IMG/VR virus record: IMGVR_UViG_3300013105_000003
Location: 61,232 to 125,231 of that record
Strand: one strand, 5' to 3'
Length of the DNA: 64,000 nt
Source: a virus
Taxonomy: Duplodnaviria; Caudoviricetes
Part shown: positions 19,811 through 32,463 of the stretch, one piece after another
How the letters are laid out: each line of letters opens with the position of its first letter
How positions within the stretch are numbered: the stretch's first letter is position 1
Position numbers and translations under genes: made by a program
Notes under the pieces: model-generated
Seen by the model: the letters and a program-made list of their open reading frames with translations, nothing else
What the model was told of the DNA's origin: nothing
Database searches by the model: none

Positions 19811-20368
19811 ATGGGACTAGACACCACAGCATATCGGCATCACAAGCTTCTTCCTGATCTACTAGAGAAGTCTAATAACATTTCCGATGATGACTATGAT
19901 GAGTTTTATGATAGTCTCTACGCTAACAACCAGAAACTGATATTTGCTTATGATAATTTTCCTCATGCTCTTGAAGGATTTGGTGTTACTCCCTTCAAAC
20001 TTGATGCGCCTTGGGCGAGAGACTCTCACTTCCTTACTGTAGGGTACGCTAGTGGAGAGACTGGACCTACAACGCAGTGTAGCTACAGTACACACACTGT
20101 ATACCGTGAGGCTCTCTGTGACTACTTTAGTGTGACCTTTGGCCCTGGACTCTCTAGGGAGCTACCCTTCTATGACCTTATATGGTTTGCTGACAACGAG
20201 GGCACACTTGGACCAGCAGCATGTAAGCGACTCCTAGAGGACTATCAAACCTTCTCAGTGGATATGCTAGGTATTGCAGACTACCCGTACCACCTTGCAC
20301 GGTACCACCAACAGTGGTATGATGCTGTGAGCTGGGCTGCACAAGACGGATTCATTGATTTTCACTAA
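19811..20368 (+). CDS. Conserved phage protein (MGLD family)
   Basis: MGLD start; PFYDLI.F.DNEG..GP motif. Confidence 0.65.
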   Translation: MGLDTTAYRHHKLLPDLLEKSNNISDDDYDEFYDSLYANNQKLIFAYDNFPHALEGFGVTPFKLDAPWARDSHFLTVGYASGETGPTTQCSYSTHTVYREALCDYFSVTFGPGLSRELPFYDLIWFADNEGTLGPAACKRLLEDYQTFSVDMLGIADYPYHLARYHQQWYDAVSWAAQDGFIDFH

Positions 20369-20510
20369 GGACAAGATATGCCTGAAATATCAGAGTTTTA
20401 TGGAGTCAGTTCACGTCTACTGACCTTCTGCATCGAAGAGGGTTGTTCACTTGACGGACAGTCGTATAGAGACGATCCTGTGTACCTGTCACGTCCTAGT
20501 GATCCTAACA

Positions 20511-20821
20511 ATATCAAACCTAGCTGGAAGTAAGTAAAATGATTATAGATCCGATGATGAGCACCATTCATCCTTTCATCCACCCACCTGTTGACCCCGA
20601 CACTGGTCGGGTAAGCTCCGACTCGAACGCCGTGCTGATGGGTAAACCTGCCTCACAACGAGACGCCAACCCCCTGGAAGCGCACCGGCTGTCACCACCC
20701 GGATGAGGGACCACAAGGTCATCGACCACGGAGACCACTTCGACACCGTATGCCCTGACGGACATGTGATGGCACAACCTTGACCAGTGTCGATACCTAT
20801 ATCAAACCTAGCTGGAAGTAA
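20511..20821. repeat. 23-bp direct repeat flanking a GC-rich insert
   Basis: ATATCAAACCTAGCTGGAAGTAA at 20511-20533 and 20799-20821. Confidence 0.85.
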
Positions 20822-20822
20822 T

Positions 20823-22063
20823 ATGACTGTATACAGAGAAACACTTGATGACTTTAAGAAGTGGACTGAGGATAAGAACTATAACTCTACGTATGCCTCT
20901 GTGGTAAATGAGTTTAAGGAATTCCTAGAGTTCCAGCCTAAGATCGGAGAGGTTTGGGAGTGCTACAGGAAGTCCACTAACATATCACTATTTTTAGTGA
21001 TGCATGATGATGGGTGGCGCTACGCTAATGGTAGAAAACCCTCTAGTCAGAATTATATAGAGCCTATTAGTAAAATTGGAGTACGTCCACACTATGTCTA
21101 CTGAGATTACGTATGAGAAACTACTCTATGCTGCTCCTATTGTTAATTCTATTAGGCACAAGTATGGGTTTTTCTTAACTAATCCAGACCACTTGTTTAC
21201 CCTCGGTTGGGCAGAGTTTAATGGTACTGAGACCTACCTTAAACCAACAGGAGAGTGGGTGGTTGCGCGTAATAGTGTATGGAAGGTGAGTGGAGCATTT
21301 AGCAAAGACGAATTGACTCTATTTGTAGGCTCCCATCGTGACATTGCTACAGCCACTAGACGATACCTAGAAGCTTCTCTTGAGGATGCTACTAGGTATG
21401 AAGTGAGGGACTACCAGGCAGCTCTTGGAATGCTACGCCTGGAGAGGAACGTGGCTTTTGCAAAGTATACTCTAGTGGAGAAGAAGATTGCTGCCTTGCA
21501 GAAACACCCTGCTCGTGATAGGCTAGAGTCAATCAGTCGTAAACGAGGGAAGAAAAATGTCTAAGCGAACCACTTATGAGTTCAGCAGAAAGACTATGTC
21601 TGGTATTGCCTGCAAGAATTGTGGTCGTCCCTATAGAGACTGTACTATTCGTCTTATGCGAGAGAGTGGGGGTGGTGCCTGCTGTGGAAGTTGTGCATCT
21701 ACAGACACTCACGACGAGAAGGAAGAGAAGGCAGTAAGTACAGTGAAGTATAAGAATACTCTTGAGGACTTTGAGAAGTGGGTTCGTAGTCGGAGTCATG
21801 AGCATATTGCAACTTATAAAACTCTAGACACTTTCAAGGCATTTCTTGAGGAGAATACTCCCAAGAAGGGTGAAGTCTGGCGAGTACGCTGCATTACATA
21901 CCTTGGACCCGAGGTACACACATTTTATATGTGGTTCGACGGTGAGCAGTTCATTGATGGTGCTGTATCCTACGGGCTGGATGAGCTAATCCTAGAAGAG
22001 AAAATTGGCACAGACCCAGAGTATGTAAAATACTCTAATAAGAAAGCAAATGAAGATGGCTGA
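20823..22063 (+). other. Three hypothetical genes (20823..21104, 21094..21564, 21557..22063); the first and third share a domain with 23518..23793
   Basis: L.DF..W...F..FLE..PK.GEVW motif repeated. Confidence 0.7.
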
Positions 22064-23105
22064 GCGTAAGCTGGCAACAGTAGAAGAAATCCTAGCTATT
22101 GAGCCTATCGAGAATGCTGATGCTCTCGAATTGGCTACAGTACGTGGTTGGGGAGTAGTTGTCCGTAAGGATGAATTCTCTGTAGGTGATAAGGTTGTCT
22201 ACTTTGAGATTGACTCTTTTCTTGACGTAGAGCGACAAGAGTTTTCCTTCCTTAAGGATCGTGGCACACGTCCTATGAATGATCCAGAGGATGAAAAGAA
22301 GAAGATTTATGGTCACGCTCTGCGCACCATTAAGCTACGTGGTCAGATCAGTCAAGGTTTAGTTCTTCCTATGTCGGAGTTCCCTAAGTTTGTAGCTGAC
22401 CAGCCAGTTGGGACTGATCTAACAGACAATCTAGGTGTACTCAAGTATGAGCCTTATGTCAAGCCACAAGGTGGTCCACGACGACTCTACACGTTCCCTA
22501 CGAAGTATGCTGTAAAGTCTGATGCTGAGCGGGTACAGAACCTTTCACAGCGACAGTGGAGTTCTCTACAGGATATCCCAGGGTGGTATGCTACTCTTAA
22601 GATTGATGGGCAGTCTGTTACTTACTTCAAGGATGATGAGGGTGCTCTCAAGATAGCTACTCGAAACTATGAGATTGTTAACCCTATTAGTCCTACATTT
22701 CCTCCCTATGAGTGGCTATGGAGCAATTGGGATACAATTGAGGGACTTCTAGAGCCTGGTAACGCCTTGCAGGGAGAGCTATATGGCCCAAGTATTCAGG
22801 GAAATAAGATGGGGATTAAGGAACTAAAGTTTGCTCCATTTAATTTCTTTTACTATGCGAGTCTTATTCCACGAGAAGAGTGGTACCCAGAGTTTGAAGA
22901 GCTAGCAGTACCAACTCTTGACGTAGAGTTCCCTGAGACTATCAAGGAAGCTGTTGACCAAGCCAACGATCTACGGTATCCTACTAATGGTAGCCAAGCT
23001 GAAGGCATCGTCTGGCACAATAGTGACCCAGAAGTTGCTAAGGTCCTTGGACGTAACTGCTTTAAATCTATAAACCAGAAATTCCTACTGAAAAATGAGA
23101 AATAA
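22050..23105 (+). CDS. ATP-dependent RNA ligase with N-terminal tRNA-binding OB fold (DRB0094/Rnl5-like)
   Basis: RKLATV..I..I.PI.NAD.LE, YFEIDS, LRGQISQG, KIDG.S, QGELYG..IQGN, EGIV, FKSIN. Confidence 0.9.
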   Translation: MKMAERKLATVEEILAIEPIENADALELATVRGWGVVVRKDEFSVGDKVVYFEIDSFLDVERQEFSFLKDRGTRPMNDPEDEKKKIYGHALRTIKLRGQISQGLVLPMSEFPKFVADQPVGTDLTDNLGVLKYEPYVKPQGGPRRLYTFPTKYAVKSDAERVQNLSQRQWSSLQDIPGWYATLKIDGQSVTYFKDDEGALKIATRNYEIVNPISPTFPPYEWLWSNWDTIEGLLEPGNALQGELYGPSIQGNKMGIKELKFAPFNFFYYASLIPREEWYPEFEELAVPTLDVEFPETIKEAVDQANDLRYPTNGSQAEGIVWHNSDPEVAKVLGRNCFKSINQKFLLKNEK

Positions 23106-24000
23106 TGATTACTTCGTTTCTCTGCTGGGTTGTTGTACCATACATTTTTGTTGTTATTGTCTGGTACACCTTTTACACTGTAGAGTTGACTGATTCTTTA
23201 AAGAGGGTAAAGGTTAATGAGGATCTGAAAGCTAGCGGAGCGTGTGATTACAGTAGAGCTAAGCATACATTGCGTCAGGAACAGGCAGTATATTACTTAG
23301 CCCAGTCTAAACGTTCTTGGTACTGGCCGATAGCCTGTATTATTTCTTTCGTGAAAAGGAACCGTGCTATCAAGCAAGAGGTTAATAAATTTGCTGCTGA
23401 CTTGCTAATCAAGAAATTAGATGATACACTAGCAGCACAGCGAAAGCAGCAGAAGCTAGAAGAGAAGGCCAAGGAAGCTAAAGAGAAATTTGATCTACTT
23501 AAGAAAGAAATGGCACAATGATTAGTGATACAGAGAAGCGTATTCTTAATGATTTCTCTGAGTGGTGTTCTGTAAATGGACAGTGGGACGTTACAGATCT
23601 AAACGAGGCTCTTGAGAGTTATTTAGCTAGGCCAGAGCCAAACGAAGGTGAAGTATGGGTTCTTGGTGTAGGTTCTTTTGATAAAGTCTTTGCTGTGCTG
23701 CACAATGGTAAGTGGTTAGACGGAAGTGGTTTCCCAATTAATACAATAGCTGTTCCACTATTCAAGTATGAGAGTCCAGAGGATTTATTTTAAATGCCAG
23801 GTGTACGAGAAACTGCACGCAATGATCTATCGAAGTTGCTAAATGGATATCTTGCCCACAAGCTCTCTAAGCGTGAGGCTATGCAGATTGTTGACTCAGT
23901 GCTAGGAAAAATGTACGAGCTAGGGTATAATGATGCCTCAGCTGATGTAGCAGAGGCTTTTCGACGCGGAGTAGAGAGAGGTCTCTCAGGAGACTAAGGT

Positions 24001-24366
24001 ATGACAGTTGCTACAGCAGGTACTATTGACTTATTCAAGCAAGCATATCAAACACGTACTGAGATTGCTCCTGTAGAGCCTCCTAAGCCTGTTATAGAGG
24101 TAAAGCCTACTCCTACCCTACCAGCTGCTCCAAAGACTCTCAGTGAGGCTGTAGGTCGTTCTATTAGGATCATTAGGAAGAGTCAGGGAATGACCTTGCG
24201 ACAGTTGGCTGAGAAGTCATTTGTTAGTCTAGGTCATATCTCAGACACTGAGCTAGGTAAGAAGGACTGCTCTGGCTTTATGCTGTCTTGTATCATTGAA
24301 GGACTTGACGTACCTCTATCTGACGTGTTACGATTGGCAGCAGACTTACTAGATGAAGGAAAGTAA
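24001..24366 (+). CDS. XRE-family HTH regulator, ClgR-like
   Basis: G..IR..R.SQG.TLR.LA....VSLG.ISD.E.G.K..S...L..I...LDVPLS pattern resembles actinobacterial ClgR. Confidence 0.75.
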   Translation: MTVATAGTIDLFKQAYQTRTEIAPVEPPKPVIEVKPTPTLPAAPKTLSEAVGRSIRIIRKSQGMTLRQLAEKSFVSLGHISDTELGKKDCSGFMLSCIIEGLDVPLSDVLRLAADLLDEGK

Positions 24367-24435
24367 TGAAATTCAGCGAGATTGTAACCCTTCTACTATA
24401 TTTTGTAGTTACAATTAGTGTTATAGTTTGGATTA

Positions 24436-27400
24436 TTGACGACTCAGTGCAGCATGGTATTAATGTTCTTGTGCCTCTTGGTATCCTTATTCTATCAAGG
24501 GTGGAGCGGAATAGTGTCTCCTAAGCAGAAGCATCTTAGAGTTACAGCATCGTATACTTATGATGTTTTTATAGAAGGTGGTCTAGACATGGCTCTGGAC
24601 TCTGGAGAGTTTGCAGAACTTCTGGAAGACGCTATTGATGGAGTAGCTGTTGGTGGAGTTGAGGTAACCAAAGAGCCACGGTCTGGTCCCTATGTCACTC
24701 ATATTGGAATGGTAGAGTAGTGCCCTTAAAGCAAGTAGACTCCTATAGCTCTAAGATGAGCTATGCCGTAGACTGGGACAGTCTTAGTATGGAATTTAGT
24801 CCAAAGCTACCACAGTACCCTAACTCTAGAGAGTACTGGAAACTACGGTATGTAGCTATAGGTGCTCGTAACGTACAAAACTCATTAGAAACTACTTACG
24901 GTTACCTGTGGGGAGTAACTGTAGTAGGCTCCTTTAAGGATTCCTACCTGTACTCTCCATCTTGGTATAAGGATTACTTTATTGAGAATTATGATCCTAG
25001 GTATGGTATCAGCTGGGTAGCAAAGCTGTCAGGTACTGACGATATTAAATTAGCAAACTCTCACTCCTTTAGTGATTATGAATACTACTGGGGTGCTTTA
25101 GCAGAACATAGACGAGTTATCCATAGTGGATCAACTCCAGGATTTTTTGAGGGATGGTATGTAAATGCCTAGATATAAAGTAACAATTGAACTTACTAGT
25201 GTACGAGAAGTAACACGAGAGATTGATGCACTAGATGACTATGATGCAGTAACTTCTATTGTTGACTGGCATAAGTCAAATGATGAAGAAGTAACTCATT
25301 GGGTTTCTACAGAAATAAATGAATCTACAGAGGATATGTAAATAGCAGTGCTGAACGATAATATTGGTGGTAAATATAACCCACCAAAGGAACAGTTTGT
25401 GACCCTCAAGAACGAGTCATACCGTCGTAATAAGAATGAAGCTGACCACGATGATAACAAGATTCATCGTCGTAACGGAGGTTTCACTCCAGTAGCACAA
25501 AAGCTTAAGCCCGCTGGCAAGTGTAGTGCTGGGTATGCTTGGTATTACATTAATGGCAGTGACGTAGCTCAGCACATTCTAACACCTGCTGACGACGAGC
25601 AGACAAGAGCACACAAACTTTCTTGCTCAGTTGCTTGACACCTGTCTAAAGAACTGGTAAAGTGGTACCATGAACCCAAATACTGTACCACCTATACAAG
25701 CACGTAGAGACAGACCTGAGCCTGTTATCTCAGTTGACCTACAGGAGCTTCTACCTGTACTCATTTCTAATATCATTGGAGATGCTGCGTATCATCCACG
25801 ACTGAGAGCTAAGGCTATTGCAGAATTGTCTGCTGGTGGAGTGTTACGTACCGAGCAGCGAGTACAGCTGTCTACAGACATTGCTGCAGAAATGGCAGAG
25901 TTTGGTCACACTAAACTTGAGTTTACCCCTACCCAAGTGTTGTCTATTATAGCTCTTTTGCATGAGGCACTTGACGAGCTAGAGGAAGTGTAACTAATGA
26001 GTCAATACTTGAGTAGCACTCAGACCTGTGTCTATGTGGTTACTACTTATATTGATAATAAGTATGCTGGATCTAAGGTTTTCGCATACTTAGAAGATGC
26101 CACAGAGTTTGCAGAACTTAGAGGCGCTCTGGGGGACACAGAGAATAGTCTAAATTGTACTGTTACAAAATCCTTTCTTACTGTTACAAAAGAAACGGTC
26201 TGGCTGTATCGCTGAGAGCTTGACAGTAGGTACTAGCTAGGCTAGACTCTCACTATGAACGAAACACAGAACGTCTTCCTCGTTAACGTCTACACTTATG
26301 ACGCTCAGAATAAGCACGTCAATACCTTCATCTTTACTACTTCTGAGGCAGCTAGAAGGGCTGCTCTAGAGATTGAGCTTATGAATAGCAAGCTGAATGC
26401 TGATGTACTTGAGCAGCGGGTATTCACTTCTTTTAAAGATTGGGATAAGGCGTGACTAAGCCAAAGAAGGGTCAGACCTTCACTCACGACCACTTTGTTG
26501 ACACTAACTGGAAGCCTGAGCCTGGGCAGACGTGGAAGAACGATGCTCCTAAGGCTGAGATGGTGATTACTTCTGTGTGGGAGACTCTGGTATACTACAG
26601 CTTTGCTGATGGTAAGGGTTCATATGTTCTCGACCTAGACACCTTTATGAATAAGTTTGGTGAGCAGCTGTGAGTAATACTATCTGGCTAGAGGATGCTC
26701 CAGGAAAGGCTACCTATTTTTCCTATGGTGAAGAAGAGGATGAAGCTGAGTGGATTATTGAATGGTTCGATGATTCTCCTACTATTCCGCCTAATGTTTC
26801 CTACCTTGCAGAAGAGCTACTGACTGAGATTGACTGCATTACATGCTATCACTGTGGTCACGGGGTGGGTATGACTCTGGCTGGTGAAAATGATGAATAC
26901 ACACAATGGGAGTCTTGTGCTATAGTGGATAAGTCGTTTGACCAACAGTACGTAGTCTGTGATGAGTGCTATGACAAGGAATATGGGAATGAGTTATAAA
27001 CCTACTACATACACTAATGCTACTTTTGGTGTGCTCAAGACGCTTTCTCTCGATGAGCAAGTATATGTTACCCGCCTGATGCACTCTATTAATTCACAGC
27101 TTACAAAGACTGATTGGCTTGCTCAAGGTACTAGCCGAGTAGGTAGGATTGATGCTACAATCACTCTCCAATCTGGTTATGTAGCAGAGCTAGCCTACCA
27201 CGGAGGCTCTGTATTTCTTAAGTCTCTGGAAAAGCCTGAAGGGAAAGTAAATTAATGACTTTTATTATCTACGCGGCTGTAGTAGTCTATGTGGTTGCTG
27301 GCGCATTCTGTGCTAGCGACGGGTTTTTTAAAGCTAGAGATAAGAAGGTACCAACGGTAATTTGGGGGTACACAGAAGCTAATCTTATTAAGAGTTGGGA

Positions 27401-27716
27401 AGAAAAGAATCGCTGGCCCAATATCACAACAACTCCAAGGATCACTCTAGAGAAATTCTACCAAATTCAAAGAGAGAGTAGTCTGCGAGACGCTACTGAA
27501 GCAGATGCCCTAAGAGCACAAGCATACCGTCGTTTGTTCTGGTCTCCTGTGTGGCCTATACTCGTTGTAGGAGACGTTGTGCGAGACTATCAGAAGGCTA
27601 AGGCTGGAGAGAAAGTCTACCTACTGGAGCAGGCTGCTAAGAGTCTAGAGAAGGCCAGTGCTGAGAAGGATAGACTAGATACAGCCTACAACAATGCCAC
27701 AGGCTGTACTCGATAA
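24436..27716 (+). other. Block of small hypothetical genes with leaderless SigA promoters
   Basis: TTGACA-N17-TAAAGT (25635-25663, ATG 25670); TTGACA-N17-TAGACT (26220-26248, ATG 26255). Confidence 0.7.
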
Positions 27717-28109
27717 GGTTACAGCTGAGAAATGATGCCAGAAGAGATTAATACTCCTCTAGCAATTGCTGTGTGCTGCCGTGAGTGGAAGGTAGCAGCT
27801 TGGCAACCTATCAGTCGTTGTGGGTATTGTGGAGAACGGCCAGTCCTTACAGGAAGGTTAGCAGATGACAACTGATATAGTTGACCTACTCCAAGACTCA
27901 TGGTATGATTAACTACATAGTAACCAACCTACAGGCCAGCAGGAGTTTGCCGTGGCTAAAAAGAAAAAGCACAAAATATCAAATCCATACCTTGCAGCTG
28001 GGTTAGCTGCTATTGCATTTGGCAATGCTTGGGGTACTCACGCAGACCGACGCACTAAGCGTAACCGCAGTCGCCAGGAAAAGAACCGTAAAGCTATTAA
28101 GGATTTCGA

Positions 28110-28631
28110 GTGACTCAGTTTATATTTGTAGATACAGAGTCTGTAGGGGTGTCTCCGTACTTTGGAACTATGACAGAGTTTGGTGCAGTAGAGCTACTCA
28201 CTGAGAAATCATTTCATGGTGAGATTATTAAGTCTGTCCCTAGTAAAGAAAACCCTGCTATCCCTGAGATTACAGAAGACCTTACGGATAGTATGTACGA
28301 AGTTAAGCTTAACATCGTTATTGAGAGTTTTATGAGGTGGCTAAAGTCCTTCAATGATGAGCGTCTAGTCTTTGTTTCTGATAACCCTGCATGGGACTAC
28401 ATGTGGATTGCTTATGCATTTGATGTAACATCTGGTGTTAATCCATTCGGACACTCTGCACGGCGTATTGGTGACCTTTACGCTGGACTCTCTGGTAACT
28501 GGCGAAACACTAATAAGTGGAAAAAGCTACGGGTTACTAAGCACGACCACAATCCTGTCAATGACGCTCTAGGGAATGTAGAAGCTTTCAAGGCTATTCT
28601 ATTCCACTACGGACAGGAACTTCCTGAGTGA
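28110..28631 (+). CDS. DEDDh 3'-5' exoribonuclease (Rv2179c/RNase AS-like)
   Basis: FVDTE, SDNPAWD, NPFGHS.RRIGD, HNPVNDALGN. Confidence 0.85.
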   Translation: MTQFIFVDTESVGVSPYFGTMTEFGAVELLTEKSFHGEIIKSVPSKENPAIPEITEDLTDSMYEVKLNIVIESFMRWLKSFNDERLVFVSDNPAWDYMWIAYAFDVTSGVNPFGHSARRIGDLYAGLSGNWRNTNKWKKLRVTKHDHNPVNDALGNVEAFKAILFHYGQELPE

Positions 28632-28828
28632 CTTGTGTCAAGAGTTATTTCATGGTACACTTCTTGCATGGACACAGTAGAGATTCAAGAGTACCTAACC
28701 TCTAGCCACAAGGGTAGGGGAACCTCTGGCTATATTCTTCTCACAAACAACTTATTCTTTCATATCAAAGATGCTCGCATAATTGATGGAGCACTTGTTA
28801 TTGACAATCTTTATGGAACGGAAAAGAA

Positions 28829-29092
28829 GTGAAGATTTATAAGTATCCTGTTGAGCTTCTCCAGGAACAAAAGATTAGCCTACCTATCGAGTCTAAGGTG
28901 CGTCACTTTGGTACACAAGATGGTAGCCTTATGATGTGGGTAGAGCTAGATCCTGACCTAGAGCACGAAATCCATACTTTCTATGTGGTAGGCACAGGTC
29001 AGGAAATCCCAGAAGATGCTATTACCTACCACGGCACTGTTTACCTTAATTTCTATGTTCGGCACCTCTACTCGAATGGAACGTACCTGTGA
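28829..29092 (+). CDS. Small conserved phage protein
   Basis: KIYKYP...VVGTGQ.IP...YHGTV...HL motif. Confidence 0.65.
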   Translation: MKIYKYPVELLQEQKISLPIESKVRHFGTQDGSLMMWVELDPDLEHEIHTFYVVGTGQEIPEDAITYHGTVYLNFYVRHLYSNGTYL

Positions 29093-30464
29093 AGCTATTC
29101 TCATTGAAAGACTACGCTGAGTCTAAGACTAGTGCTCCTGAGTTTATTGGGGATATTTCCTCAGAGTACGGTAAGAAGCAAATCTACAAAATGGCTGAGT
29201 TCAATGGTCTAGTTACAGGTCTTGGAGAGTCAGCTACGGTAGTACCCTTTGGGATGGACTACGAGACTACGGTAGCTCTACAGCATATCCAAGAAACAAT
29301 CTTCAGCTACGGTGGAGGGTGCTACGTCACTGAGTGTGGAGAGGTTTACGCTATCAAGGATAACCTAGACTACTCATACCTAGATAACTCCGTAGACGAA
29401 GATGGACTATGGAGAGAATTCTACAACTACGAGGAAGAGAACAGTGCATGATGGATTTTCTTAAAGCCTTGGTAATTACAGCTCTCTCAGGTTGGGCCTT
29501 GGTAGCTACCCTCACACAAGGTGCTCCTGCCCTAGCAGTAGTTTGTAGTGTAGTGGTGCTCTACCTTAGTGGTCTACTTATGGGTATGGCTGTGACCATA
29601 TGGGCGGATAAACGATGATCCAAGACGACTATAACCCATACCTAGACCCTAATAATAAGCCTGCGTATATAGTAGAGGACGCAAATTCTAACAAGATGTG
29701 TACCTGTAGACCATCTACTAATAATCGGATTAAGACTCCAGGTATCTCTCGTAAAAGTATTAGAAAATGCAGGAAGCTGAAGGTATGATTTACTTTATCC
29801 TGACTGTAGTAATCCTGTCATTGACCATACTTAACATCACCTACGCGGTACGGTTGACACTGTGGTCACGTGCACTTCGTAGGGCTGATGCTAAGGAAGC
29901 TGCACGACTACACCACAGAGAGCCAACATGGCTCCTGGGTGTGAAAGTATATCGGTAAGGAATTAGGATTTACTGTGTTTGATGTAGAAATGCTGGATCT
30001 AACCAACGGTAAGAGAATCCCTAAAGAGTCTCTGGTAGCGTTAGATAAGCTAGAGGAGTCTTGGCCTGGAGCAACCTTCCACGGTGCTCGCCCTGCCATT
30101 GTAGCTGCTGTCATGGACGCTCTGAGAGATGTAGGATACATGGTATGAGCGAGACTCCACCTACTTTGGGATTCCGTAGACGCTGCTCTTGGTGCTGTGT
30201 GCAGTTGAGAGCATGGCAGCTAAACTCCTGCCGAACATGCCACGAGGATATCAAGTATAGATTCTCACCTAGGCACTTGCACGCCTCACGGTACGATGCT
30301 AAGCCTGATAAGTTCCCTACACTTAGGAAGGTCTGAAGTTGTCACGTAGAGAGTTTCTCAATAAGATGCTACGGTGGGCCAAGCCTAGACGTAAGTCACA
30401 CCTCAGATTGTCTGCCAACAAGATCGCGGCTGATGTAATCACTGTAGAGTTAAAAAACGATAGA

Positions 30465-30509
30465 GACAGCTAGGCTACTCACTATTTCTTGTGGAGTAGC
30501 CTAGCTGTC
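30465..30509. terminator. Bidirectional terminator-like hairpin at a convergence point
   Basis: GACAGCTAGGCTACTC...GAGTAGCCTAGCTGTC. Confidence 0.7.
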
Positions 30510-30820
30510 TACGGTAGAGGAAGTGCGCTTAGAGTCAGCGGTCCTTGTTGTCGATCCGTCGAAAGACTCTCGTCTCGTTGACGTAGAGGTCTCGCTCGAT
30601 CTTGGAGCGAGTTTTACGGACGGTCTTGTAATGCACGTCTCCGATACGGTCGTAACCCGCTGCCATTGCGTCTACAGCATCGTCGGGCAGAGTGACTGCA
30701 CGGCCAAGGTCGTAACCCTTTGTGAACTGAACCTTTGAAACGCTCATTTCTGTTGTTTCCTTTTCTGACTTACGGTTGGATTCCACAGCTTTGGTGCCCT
30801 GGTCTGTGGAACTGATGACT

Positions 30821-30871
30821 ACTTTACTCCGTCCATAAGGTCAAGTCAACACTCCGTCTCACATCGTGGAC
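30821..30871 (-). promoter_or_regulatory. SigA-type promoter with upstream IclR-like palindrome
   Basis: Minus strand GTCCACGATGTGAGAC-N6-TTGACT-N17-TAAAGT. Confidence 0.7.
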
Positions 30872-30944
30872 AGGAAATTTTCTAGGCACAGAAAAAGGCT
30901 ACGGTGGAGGGTATGTCCAACCGTAGCCTTTTCCATGTTTCTCT

Positions 30945-31214
30945 CTAGCGTGTTATCTCCATCCGTCGCAGAGCAACTAAGCAACGTTGTGCAGCTGCTG
31001 CAGCGTCCGGGTCGTCAGAGTTACTTGTGTTTGCGTAATACTTGCAGTCACTGATAAGGTCTGTCAGTCCTTCGTCAGTAAGCATTACTGTAATAGTCCG
31101 TGGTGACGATGTTACTACCGTAGTGCCTAGATGCTTTCCGATACGGTCGAACCAGTACCTTAAGTGCTTGGCAGGCAGCTTGACTGTTACGGTGTGCTTT
31201 GCCTTGAGTCTCAT
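30945..31214 (-). CDS. Hypothetical early protein
   Basis: ORF with AAAGGG SD and a downstream terminator at about 30892-30932. Confidence 0.6.
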   Translation of the reverse strand: MRLKAKHTVTVKLPAKHLRYWFDRIGKHLGTTVVTSSPRTITVMLTDEGLTDLISDCKYYANTSNSDDPDAAAAAQRCLVALRRMEITR

Positions 31215-31719
31215 AATAAGCTAAACCCTTTTCTTTAGTTGTGTCCTGCTACTAGCTACGGTAGCACCTAGGGTTAAGTTAGTCAAGTTGACACAGAGCA
31301 CTATATATGGTACGGTGAGGCTCCACAGACAACTAGATAGGTGTGATAATGACAAAGGTAAGAGTCACTAGCCTAGTCCGTATGGCAAATTCTAAAAGTG
31401 GTAACCCACAGTATATACTCAATACCGCTAGTGGAATGGTGCTTCACACTAAGCCTGACTCTACGGTCGGGTACGTGGCACAGGCTTTAGAGCAGTATTT
31501 ACTAGACGGTAATCCGTCAGTTTCTACTGAAATCACACTAGACAAAGACGGTATGGTAACACGTCTACTAGGCTACGGTGATTAAAATAAGCCTACGGTA
31601 ACACTAAAATAGCTCAGCTTCTATAGTATACTTAAAGTAATGACTATAGAAGCTGAGCTATTTTTATGCTCAAAAACAGAAGGTAGAAATTGATCCTATG
31701 AGAGTGTTAGTAGCGAACA

Positions 31720-32388
31720 ATGGAACAATATCCTATGACTAAGCCTCTACTATTAGATTTGTTTTGCTGTTCTGGAGGGAGTGCTGTCGGATATAGTAGA
31801 GCAGGTTTTACGGTAATAGGTGTAGACATTGATCCTATCTTGTCAGCTGATTATCCATATGAAATACACCACGGTGATGCTTTAGAATTCTTAAAAAGCT
31901 ACGGTGGAGATTTTGACGTTATCCATGCGTCTCCACCGTGCCAATCAAGCTCAGCACTCACTAAGGGCACCAATAAAGGCAGACAATACTTAGACCTAAT
32001 CCCTCAAACTAGGGAATTACTAGCAACGTTCAATGTACCTACGGTAATAGAAAATGTGCAAGGCGCTAAGGTACGGAGAGACTTAACCCTATGCGGTGAA
32101 ATGTTTAGCTTAGGTGTGCTACGGCATAGGTATTTTGAGATAGAAAACGCTACGGTGGAAGTGCCAGAGCACAAGGCACACCGTGGACGTGTTAGAGGTT
32201 GGAGACACGGTAAGTACTACGATGGTCCTTATGTTGCTGTCTACGGATTAGGTGGTGGAAAAGGTACGGTCCAAGAATGGCAGCAGGCTATGGGTATAGA
32301 CTGGACAGACAATCGTAAGTCTCTGGCCGAGAGCATACCTCCTGCCTATACGGAGTACATAGGTAATAGTTTAATAAAATCTATATAG
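31720..32388 (+). CDS. C5-cytosine DNA methyltransferase-like protein (start may be 31735)
   Basis: LLDLFCCSGG, HASPPCQ, VIENV, LCGEMF, RHRYFE, E(S)IPPAY motifs. Confidence 0.85.
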   Translation: MEQYPMTKPLLLDLFCCSGGSAVGYSRAGFTVIGVDIDPILSADYPYEIHHGDALEFLKSYGGDFDVIHASPPCQSSSALTKGTNKGRQYLDLIPQTRELLATFNVPTVIENVQGAKVRRDLTLCGEMFSLGVLRHRYFEIENATVEVPEHKAHRGRVRGWRHGKYYDGPYVAVYGLGGGKGTVQEWQQAMGIDWTDNRKSLAESIPPAYTEYIGNSLIKSI

Positions 32389-32411
32389 CCGGCCTATGTA
32401 TCCTGGCAAGA

Positions 32412-32463
32412 AAAAGGCACACACCGTAGAGAGAGGATTAGTAACCTACGGTGTGTGCCTTTT
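32412..32463. terminator. Bidirectional terminator
   Basis: AAAAGGCACACACCGTAG...CTACGGTGTGTGCCTTTT. Confidence 0.75.

Noticed and set aside
31298-31312. NrdR box in a promoter spacer
   Set aside because: Three mismatches, single copy (NrdR boxes are usually tandem) and not upstream of an RNR gene; too weak to call
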